Assembly (NCBI GenBank): GCA_963721445.1
Contig: CAVRIZ010000008.1
Coordinates: forward strand, 232,913-296,912
Direction: 5' to 3'
From: an uncultured Chloroflexia bacterium
Lineage (GTDB): Bacteria; Chloroflexota; Anaerolineae; Anaerolineales; Anaerolineaceae
DNA length: 64,000 bases
Positions within the stretch are counted from its first letter, which is position 1. Each line of letters opens with the position of its first letter. Below, piece by piece: positions 48,218 to 55,766 of the stretch. The translations under genes and the position numbers were made by a program. The notes under the pieces are model-generated. The model searched no databases. It saw only the letters and a program-made list of their open reading frames with translations, and was not told where the DNA came from.

Positions 48218-48263
48218 ATTGATAGTGATAATATGATTATATTATCAATTTTGAGAATGTCAA
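48218..48263 (-). promoter_or_regulatory. Promoter plus AT-rich imperfect palindrome upstream of the HTH-CPBP pair
   Basis: Minus strand: TTGACA (48263-48258), 16-nt spacer, TATAAT (48241-48236). The palindrome ATTGATAgtgataat...attatatTATCAAT (48218-48249) overlaps the -10 element. Confidence 0.45.
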
Positions 48264-48341
48264 GGGGGAAATTTTAATCAGTCTGCCTCACCCTCTCTAC
48301 GCTAGAAGAAAAGGCAAGCTTAATAACCAATGCGACTTTGC

Positions 48342-48360
48342 TTTTTTTTTGGGGGGGGGG
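48342..48360. repeat. Abutting homopolymers T9 G10
   Basis: Direct count: c + 9 T (48342-48350), then 10 G (48351-48360). Intergenic, about 220 nt upstream of the sortase-fusion gene. Confidence 0.9.
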
Positions 48361-48579
48361 TGATATCTCCAGAATTTATCCTAACGAATTCCTCTGCGTT
48401 CTCTGTGATCTTTGTGATCTCTGTGGTTAATATTTCTTATCGGAAGCTTTATTGAATATTTCCGCGATCTGATCGCAGGGTTGTGGTGAGGGTTTTCCCC
48501 GATAATTCGAGCACAATTTTGGTTGACAGGAGCAGCAATATCACTATAGTAATAACGGTATCCCATTCCATCACTGAGG

Positions 48580-50667
48580 TTGAACATGACTCAACGCCGT
48601 CGCCCACCTTGTTCCAATATTTTGATTCCTTTACGCATTGCTATTGTCAGCATCTTCCTTTTTTGCTCCCTATTTTTCCCAAACCCAAATTCACAAAACC
48701 ATACCGTGAACGCAGCAGCTTGCACCCCCGGTGGTGCAATCCGGACGGGCTTTGTCCTCCCGAACACTCTAGGAGCCAATGACGATGGCTCCGCCCCGCT
48801 GTCTGCGCTTGGTTTTGACCTGCGTTATTTTGGACAGACTTTTTCAAGCATCTATATCAACAATAATGGAAATATTACCTTTGATGCGGCAAGATCTTCA
48901 TTTACCCCGAGTGGTATGATGGGGACAGCCTACAAGATTCTGGCGCCATTTTTTGCCGATGTGGATACCCGCGGTTCTGGAAGTGGATTGGTTCAATACG
49001 GTCAGGTGCCAGATATCGATGGGCATAAGGCATTCGTTGTTAACTGGCCAGGTGTAGGATACTACTCCAATGGGGTTAACAAATTAAACACATTTCAATT
49101 AGTGATCATCCAGAGGGAAGACCTTCTTCCTGCCGGGCAGTGGGATTTTGAATTCAATTATGGTCAGGTCCAATGGGAAACCGGAAGCGCCAGCAATGGC
49201 ATCAACGGTTTAGGCGGGATTTCAGCGGCTGTCGGCTATACGGATGGTGTCATTGCGAACCCAGATTATTACGAAGTGTTTGGAACATTAATGCCCGGTT
49301 CTTTCCTTGATTCCAATACGGATACAGGATTGATCCACAATTCAAGAGAATCCTCCCAATGCGGTAGGTATTCCTTTGCAGTCCGTGGCCCGGATGGGAT
49401 CCCGGATGTGGATCCATTACCTGAGATCCAGGTCAATTCAGACTCACCGGACCCATCCGAAGCGGGATTACCCTATTCTGTCATTGTCCAGGTAAATCCT
49501 GAACCGGATGCAGCGATCCCGACCGGAACCGTTATGGTATCCGATGGCAGAGGCAAAACCTGCGAGATCAATCTGGTAGCTGGCATGGGATCCTGTTCTT
49601 TGATCAGCGATACTATCGGCAGCCTTGAACTGATGATCGCTTATAGCGGTGATTCCAATTACTCTCCAAATCGAACGACCGAGCCACACGAGGTTGAGCC
49701 CGGTCATGGCCCCGTTGTTGTCGCGGGGTCGAATACGTATCCTGCTAATGGAAGCACCATTAATAAATCCATAACACAATTGAAAGTGGCTTTCAATAAA
49801 GAGGTTGAGCACGATGGAAAAAGAGATTCTGCCGATAATCCTGATAACTATATCCTCGTGGAAGCCAATGGGGATGGTTTCCAAACGACTGGATGTTTTA
49901 TGGAGCAGAATATCAGCTCGCCTGGATTGGAACCCATTGATTCCCCAATCCTGATCTCAAGTATTTTTTATGATAATAACGGAGGTGATGGACCTTTTGT
50001 AGCCACCTTAACCGTCCCACCACTTTCTACCGGCTCCTATCGGTTGATCATATGCGGTACAGCTACCATTAGGGATATGCTGGGTAATGCCTTGAATGAC
50101 GGAGAGACAGATACCATCATTGATTTTTCGATTACCACCCAACTCCCATCTGCCCTGCCGAAAACCGGATTTGCCCCGAATGCGGGGCAGGTTCTAGGAC
50201 CACAACCAGTAGATAAACAATATCAGGACCTGCATAACCTGGAAATTTTAATCCCCAGCCTGGATGTGAAAGCACTCATCAGCGGCGTACCTGTATCCAA
50301 AGATGGTTGGGATGTAACCTGGCTTGGTAAGAATACCGGCTGGCTTACTGGAACCGCCTACCCAACCTGGGAAGGGAACTCGGTCATCACCGGGCATGTC
50401 TGGACTGCCACCAATACAGAGGGTCCATTTGCGCATCTGAAAGAGCTGGCTTATGGTGATGAAATTAATATCAACGCCTGGGGACAGGTGTATGTGTACG
50501 AAGTGAGAGATAACCTGCTCATCTCTGCAAATGATCTCTCTGCAGTCATGAAGCATAAATCAGATCACTCCTGGCTCACCCTTCTCACCTGCGAGGACTA
50601 CTCCTCTGAGAAAGAGAATTATATGATGCGCAGGATCGTCCGAGCGGTATTGATCGAGACGAAATGA
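48580..50667 (+). CDS. Multidomain surface protein: N-terminal signal/anchor, NIDO-like domain, Ig-like region(s), internal LPKTG motif, C-terminal sortase domain
   Basis: NIDO-like: NDDGSAPLSALGFDLRYFGQTFSSIYINNNGNITF...ILAPFFADVDTRGSGSG. LPKTG lies in PSALPKTGFAPN. The sortase catalytic triad context is ITGHVW (His), TLLTCEDY (TLxTC Cys), MRRIVRAV (Arg). Confidence 0.85.
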   Translation: MNMTQRRRPPCSNILIPLRIAIVSIFLFCSLFFPNPNSQNHTVNAAACTPGGAIRTGFVLPNTLGANDDGSAPLSALGFDLRYFGQTFSSIYINNNGNITFDAARSSFTPSGMMGTAYKILAPFFADVDTRGSGSGLVQYGQVPDIDGHKAFVVNWPGVGYYSNGVNKLNTFQLVIIQREDLLPAGQWDFEFNYGQVQWETGSASNGINGLGGISAAVGYTDGVIANPDYYEVFGTLMPGSFLDSNTDTGLIHNSRESSQCGRYSFAVRGPDGIPDVDPLPEIQVNSDSPDPSEAGLPYSVIVQVNPEPDAAIPTGTVMVSDGRGKTCEINLVAGMGSCSLISDTIGSLELMIAYSGDSNYSPNRTTEPHEVEPGHGPVVVAGSNTYPANGSTINKSITQLKVAFNKEVEHDGKRDSADNPDNYILVEANGDGFQTTGCFMEQNISSPGLEPIDSPILISSIFYDNNGGDGPFVATLTVPPLSTGSYRLIICGTATIRDMLGNALNDGETDTIIDFSITTQLPSALPKTGFAPNAGQVLGPQPVDKQYQDLHNLEILIPSLDVKALISGVPVSKDGWDVTWLGKNTGWLTGTAYPTWEGNSVITGHVWTATNTEGPFAHLKELAYGDEININAWGQVYVYEVRDNLLISANDLSAVMKHKSDHSWLTLLTCEDYSSEKENYMMRRIVRAVLIETK

Positions 50668-50683
50668 TCGGCTCATAAGCTTA

Positions 50684-50718
50684 AAGATGCACCCCAACCG
50701 GGTGCATCTTTTATTTTT
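50684..50718 (+). terminator. Rho-independent terminator after the sortase-fusion gene
   Basis: AAGATGCACCC caacc GGGTGCATCTT followed by TTATTTTT. Confidence 0.8.
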
Positions 50719-50788
50719 CCCCAATCCTCTTCCCAGAATATCGCTCACCTGTTACCATTGTCAGACAACCCCGAACAAACGAGGCATC

Positions 50789-51862
50789 ATGTCTGATCTG
50801 AGCATTAAACTCTGGAATCTGGAATTCGCCCACCCGGTCATGCCGGCTGCCGGTCCGCCTGTGATGGATGCCAAATCGCTGGGTGCCTGCGCCCGTGGAG
50901 GCGCGTCTGCCCTGGTGGCTAAGACCATTTCTACGACCGCGGCGATAATTCCCCACCCCAACATGGCGGATTTCAAGACCTATTTCCTGAATACGGAATT
51001 GTGGTCCGAGCTGACCCCTGAACAATGGATCGAACACGAACTGCCGGAAGCCCGTAAGATGGGACTGCCACTGATCGTCAGCCTGGGGTATACCACCAAA
51101 GAGATCGCCGAACTTGCTCCACGGGTTGCTCACCTGGCGGATGCTCTGGAGCTCAGCACCCATTATGTCAGCAACGACCTGACCCCGGTGCAGAACACGA
51201 TCCGCGCCGCAAAGGATGGCACGGGTCTGCCGGTGTTGGTGAAGGTCAGCCCATTCCGCGATATCCAACGCTTTGCCGAAGCGGCCCAGGAAGCTGGCGC
51301 GGATGGCATCGTGGCGGTCAATTCATATGGTCCTGCTTTGGGTATCGATATCGAAAGGGGCGGACGGCTATGGATGGGTGGAAAAGGGTACGGATGGATA
51401 TCCGGTCCTGCCCTCAAACCGATTGCCCTGCGAGCCGTGTACGATGCCGCCCGGACGGTGGACATTCCCATTATCGGGGTGGGCGGTATCAGTCGTGGAA
51501 CCGATGCGATCGAATTCCTGATGGCGGGCGCAAGCGCCGTCCAGGTTTGCACTGCCGCGATCACCAAAGGTCCTGAGGTGTTCGGCAAGATCGCCCGCGA
51601 GATGGATGCCTGGCTGGATTTACATGGGTATGTCAGCGCTAATGAGATCATTGGACTCTCGCTACGCCAGTCCCCACCCTTGATGGAACATCCCCCAGTG
51701 GTCGTTGCCGATAAATGCAATGGATGCGCTCTGTGCGCGATCAGTTGTCCCTATGGTGCGTTGTATGTCCAGCAGAAAATGATCCATGTTCGTAAAGACA
51801 ATTGCACCCGGTGTGGGCTGTGCATTTCACGCTGCCCGAGCGGAGCATTGCAGGTAAATTGA
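50789..51862 (+). CDS. Dihydroorotate/dihydropyrimidine dehydrogenase-like flavoprotein with C-terminal 2x[4Fe-4S] ferredoxin domain (PreA-like)
   Basis: Start at MSDLSIKLWNLEFAHPVMPAAG with GAGG upstream. TIM-barrel motifs VKVSPF, GVGGISRGTDAIEFLMAGASAVQVCTA. CNGCALCAISCP and CTRCGLCISRCP. Confidence 0.8.
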   Translation: MSDLSIKLWNLEFAHPVMPAAGPPVMDAKSLGACARGGASALVAKTISTTAAIIPHPNMADFKTYFLNTELWSELTPEQWIEHELPEARKMGLPLIVSLGYTTKEIAELAPRVAHLADALELSTHYVSNDLTPVQNTIRAAKDGTGLPVLVKVSPFRDIQRFAEAAQEAGADGIVAVNSYGPALGIDIERGGRLWMGGKGYGWISGPALKPIALRAVYDAARTVDIPIIGVGGISRGTDAIEFLMAGASAVQVCTAAITKGPEVFGKIAREMDAWLDLHGYVSANEIIGLSLRQSPPLMEHPPVVVADKCNGCALCAISCPYGALYVQQKMIHVRKDNCTRCGLCISRCPSGALQVN

Positions 51863-51974
51863 CACCAACTACTTTCCCCCCATTATTCTAAATAATGGGG
51901 GGACTATAGGGGGTCTGCGGAAAAAGACAGGAATGGGATAAAATTACGGGCATAAACTACGGGGAGGATATGCC

Positions 51975-52334
51975 ATGATCACAACCACACATCAGGTGGG
52001 AGACGTTTATTTTCTGGAATACGCGCAGGATGAGAGGTTGAGCTCGGTTCAGGATGCACTGGACCTGGTATCAGTCTGCGGAGAGCAGGCTACCCACCGG
52101 GTTCTACTCCATGCTGACCAACTGGATGAGCGATTTTTCGATTTGAAGTCCGGTCTGGCCGGCGAATTCCTGTTGAAATTTTCCAATTATTATCTCAAGG
52201 TGGCGTTGGAGATTCCCCGCGAACGCAATTATGGGGAACGATTCGCCGAATTCGCTTCCGAGACGCGTCAGAGTCGCGAGTTTCGCATATTTCACACGCG
52301 CGATTCCGCGATCGAATGGCTTGTTATGGAGTAA
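51975..52334 (+). CDS. DUF4180-like small protein
   Basis: 119 aa. Pattern ...DALDLVSVCGEQATHRVLLHADQLDERFFDLKSGLAGEFLLKFSNYYLKVAL. The family assignment is from memory. Confidence 0.45.
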   Translation: MITTTHQVGDVYFLEYAQDERLSSVQDALDLVSVCGEQATHRVLLHADQLDERFFDLKSGLAGEFLLKFSNYYLKVALEIPRERNYGERFAEFASETRQSREFRIFHTRDSAIEWLVME

Positions 52335-52341
52335 GCCCACC

Positions 52342-53563
52342 ATGAACAGGGCTCTGGTTTTACTCTTCTTGATATTCCTTGCAGGGTGCATCCCGGCGCA
52401 GACCCAGCCGACTGTAGCGCAGCCGTCACCCACCGTTACGCAGGACATACCTTTCACACCGGCTGTACCGGTTACTGCGATAGTCAACGGGACCATTCTG
52501 ACTGGAACTGATTCTGAACCAATCCCCGATGGGGTGATCCTCATCCAGGCGTACCAAATTGTCGCCGTGGGAACGGCCAGCACGATTCAAATTCCAGACG
52601 GAGCAGAGAAATTCGATGCGCTGGGCGGAACGGTCTTGCCCGGTTTCATCAATACCCACATTCACAGCGGATATTCGAAAACGATGCTGCAGCAGTGGTT
52701 GCAGGGTGGCGTCACCACCGTTCGCGACGAAGGCACCGGCAGCGGATCATACCTGGATAAGAATCTGGCAGCTGCGCGATTCACTGAAAACAGATCCGAA
52801 TTACGCCCGACTCATCTCTGCCGGAGCCATGATGACCGTTCCGGGCGGATACGGCCAGTTACAGGTTTCGTCTGTCGATGAGGCTATTGAAGCCGTCGAT
52901 ACCGAATTGGATCAAGGTGTCGACCAGATCAAGGTCTCACTGGAGGATGGATACGCCGGGAAACACGACCTACCCAAGCTCACACCTGCGCAAATGAAAG
53001 CCATCGTGGAGACTGCCCATGGGCGCGGCGCGCGCGTGTCCGGTCACATCACCCAGGCGGCTTACATCCCGCTCATGTTGGATGCTGGTGTGGACGACAT
53101 CGCCCACAACACATGGGATCCGATCCCGGATGAAACCATTGCACGCATGGTCGACACGGGGGTGTTTTTCATTCCGACCTTTACCGTATTTCGCAATTAC
53201 GACGCGCCGGTGCAGCAATGCGTCTTGAACCTGAAAGCCTACGTTGAAGCGGGCGGTCTGGTGGCGTTGGGAAATGATTACGGCGGAGGTCCCGGGAAGT
53301 TTGAGGTCGGGATACCGATGTACGAAATCGAGATGATGCAAAAAGCCGGGATGTCAGTCATGCAGATCATCCAGGCCGGGACGAGGAACGCGGCAGTCGT
53401 CATCGGGTTGGAGGAGCAGCTTGGTACCCTCGAGCCTGGCAAAATTGCAGATATCTTGATCGTGGAAGGCGATCCGCTGGCAGACCTGAGCGCACTCACC
53501 CGGATTCAGGCGGTTTTCCACCTGGGAAAGAAAGTAGCATTAAATAAAGGGAGCATTGAGTAA
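52342..53563 (+). pseudogene. Lipoprotein-type amidohydrolase (metal-dependent hydrolase superfamily), one +1 frameshift near 52771-52779
   Basis: Signal LVLLFLIFLAGC. HxH motif GFINTHIHSG. After the shift: DSLKTDPNYARLISAG...IKVSLEDGY...VSGHI...DDIAHN...LGNDYG...DILIVEGDPL. Confidence 0.8.
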
Positions 53564-53580
53564 ACCCCAAGCCGTAAACT

Positions 53581-53614
53581 CCCTCCCCGGGAGCGGGGGG
53601 GTTGGGGAGAGGTC
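53581..53614. repeat. Left G/C-tract repeat flanking DUF559 gene 2
   Basis: CCCTCCCCGGGAGCGGGGGGGTTGGGGAGAGGTC. Its reverse complement shares GACCTCTCCC...GGGGAGGG with 54011-54045. Confidence 0.7.
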
Positions 53615-53640
53615 GATTAACCTATATTCTTCGCAAACCT

Positions 53641-53990
53641 ATGGTCCAATCCAAACGAAAATCTCTACTCCTTCCACTCTCCCGAACACTCCGGAAAAAT
53701 CAAACTCCTGCCGAAGCGAAACTATGGACACATCTCAGGGGTAATCGATTCATTGGGTATAAATTCAAACGCCAGGTAGTGATCGGTCCATATATCGTCG
53801 ATTTCTCTTGTTTTGAGAAGAGATTAATTATGAAATCGATGGCGGACAGCACATCGAACAGGAAGACATGGATTTGATCCGAACAGAGTTCCTGGTTGGG
53901 CAAGGTTATCGGGTGATCCGGTTTTGGAACCGGCAAGTCATAGGCGAGATAGAATCTGTCCTGGATGAGATATACGACGCCTTGGAATAG
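53641..53990 (+). pseudogene. DUF559 (Vsr-like endonuclease fold) protein, frame break at 53830-53831 (-1 or +2)
   Basis: MVQSKRKSLLLPLSRTLRKNQTPAEAKLWTHLRGNRFIGYKFKRQVVIGPYIVDFSCFEKRLI | EIDGGQHIEQEDMDLIRTEFLVGQGYRVIRFWNRQV. Confidence 0.75.
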
Positions 53991-54010
53991 CTAACATCGA
54001 AATAGATTAC

Positions 54011-54045
54011 GACCTCTCCCTCACCCTCCCCTAGCCAGGGGAGGG
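54011..54045. repeat. Right G/C-tract repeat flanking DUF559 gene 2 (itself a hairpin)
   Basis: GACCTCTCCCTCACCCTCCCCTAGCCAGGGGAGGG, with CCCTCCCC/GGGGAGGG forming an 8-bp stem. Confidence 0.7.
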
Positions 54046-54064
54046 GACATCAAGTACAGGTAAG

Positions 54065-54096
54065 AAAAATCCTCTCCAAATTGGAGAGGATTTTTT
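54065..54096. terminator. Bidirectional rho-independent terminator
   Basis: AAAAATCCTCTCC aaatt GGAGAGGATTTTTT. T-runs are present on both strands. It sits between DUF559 (+) and the helicase (-). Confidence 0.8.
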
Positions 54097-54108
54097 ATGG
54101 TTGGTCAG

Positions 54109-55299
54109 CTAGCGATTGAACGCGCGCCGATAGGATGGGCGTGCCTGTGAAGGCGACCGGGATGGGATGGGTGCGGCGACTTTGTAATCAAAGCCTTCCA
54201 CCATCATGGTTTCCATCTCAGTCGGCATGATCCGTTCGAGGGTGCGAACCATCTGGAAATCATCAGGGGTCACAAAGGTGAACGCGTCACCGGTGTGATG
54301 GGCTCTGCCTGTCCGGCCGATGCGGTGGATGTAATCATCTGCCGTGCTGGGCATGTCGAAATTGATCACATGTGAGATGCCTTCGACATCCAGACCGCGC
54401 GCTGCGATGTCGGTTGCGACCATCACACGGAAGTTGCCTGCCTTGAAGCCCTTGATTGCCTGTTTGCGCTGTTCCTGGGAACGGTCGCTGTGCAGGCTGG
54501 TCACTTTCTCGCCGGTTTGCTGAATCTGCCGGGCAAGTTTTTCGGCGCGGTGGCGGGTGCGGGTGAAGATCAACACCGATTGGGTGTCAGTTGTCTTTAG
54601 TAATTCCATGACCAAAGCGGTCTTCAAATGTTGAGGTACCGGTAGTAAGGCATGGGCTACTGTTTCAGCCGGTGCGGTGAGCCCGATGGAGATCCGGGTT
54701 GGGTTATGCAGAGCTTGTCGTGCCAGTTGATCAACGGCATCCGGGAAGGTAGCCGAGAAGAGCATGGTTTGACGGTTTGTGGGGACCATGCGGATGATCT
54801 TTTTGATCGAGGGCAGAAAACCCATGTCGAACATACGGTCAGCCTCATCGAGGACGAGCACTTCGATGGCCTGGAGATTGATGCGGCGCTGTTCAACCAG
54901 GTCGATTAAACGACCGGGGCAAGCCACGATGATCTCCGCGCCTTCTTGCAGAGCGCGAACCTGAGGTGACTGGCTGACTCCGCCAAAGATGGTCACACTT
55001 CGGATATGGGTACCTGTCGCCAGGCTGCGGATGTTTTCGTGGATCTGGTCCGCCAATTCGCGGGTCGGGGTGACGATGAGGGCACGAACCTGTCTTCCAC
55101 GTCCCTTTAGTAGACGGTCAAGGATCGGCAGCACAAATGCGGCTGTCTTTCCGGTACCGGTCTGGGCAGTGGCGATGATGTCTTCCCCGCGTAATACGGC
55201 GGGTATGGCTTTTTCCTGGATGGGAGTCGGCACGGTAAAACCAAGTCTGGTGATTCCGCCATTAAGACGTGAATCAAGATTAAATGATGAAAAATTCAA
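54109..55299 (-). CDS. DEAD-box ATP-dependent RNA helicase (RhlE/CshA-like)
   Basis: Q-motif region FTVPTPIQ, AQTGTGKT, VLDEADRM (DEAD), SAT, HRIGRTGR. Confidence 0.95.
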   Translation of the reverse strand: MNFSSFNLDSRLNGGITRLGFTVPTPIQEKAIPAVLRGEDIIATAQTGTGKTAAFVLPILDRLLKGRGRQVRALIVTPTRELADQIHENIRSLATGTHIRSVTIFGGVSQSPQVRALQEGAEIIVACPGRLIDLVEQRRINLQAIEVLVLDEADRMFDMGFLPSIKKIIRMVPTNRQTMLFSATFPDAVDQLARQALHNPTRISIGLTAPAETVAHALLPVPQHLKTALVMELLKTTDTQSVLIFTRTRHRAEKLARQIQQTGEKVTSLHSDRSQEQRKQAIKGFKAGNFRVMVATDIAARGLDVEGISHVINFDMPSTADDYIHRIGRTGRAHHTGDAFTFVTPDDFQMVRTLERIMPTEMETMMVEGFDYKVAAPIPSRSPSQARPSYRRAFNR

Positions 55300-55766
55300 T
55301 TTTTCCTATTCTTCAGAAGTCAGGAGATGTATCTACGGAGAAGCGGTGCTTGACAGAAGAGAACGGCTGCGACTGCTGAACTAATGTGTATTGCGTAAAC
55401 CAAAATTGAACAGTGCAGCGGCTGACATAATATCGGACACAATATATTTGATATGTAGGGCTTTTTGGGGTCTACCTGAAAAATTATTTGCTGCACAGGG
55501 ACCATTGTAAATCAAAGCCAAGTTGTATTCTACCACAGAAATGGGCGAGAATCCCGACGAAGACTATACAAATGGAATTGGGTATCAGGAACCGGAAATC
55601 GGATATCAGTTTTAAAGGACTCTCGATCCACTTCGAAAATCCTACTTAATACCTTTATCCCCCCAAATTCTGAAAAGGTTTAAGGGGATGGGTGTATGGT
55701 GCTGGGAGACGATTTACGATTTAGTAATATGCGATCAAAGCCAGTTTGAAGTGATCAATTTTAGTT

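Noticed and set aside
48396-48426. TGTGATCT direct repeat region and minus-strand ORF 48381..48587 (HRDHKDHRERRGIR).
   Set aside because: The ORF just translates a short direct-repeat word. This is probably another member of the short intergenic repeat families. There is too little evidence to call a feature.
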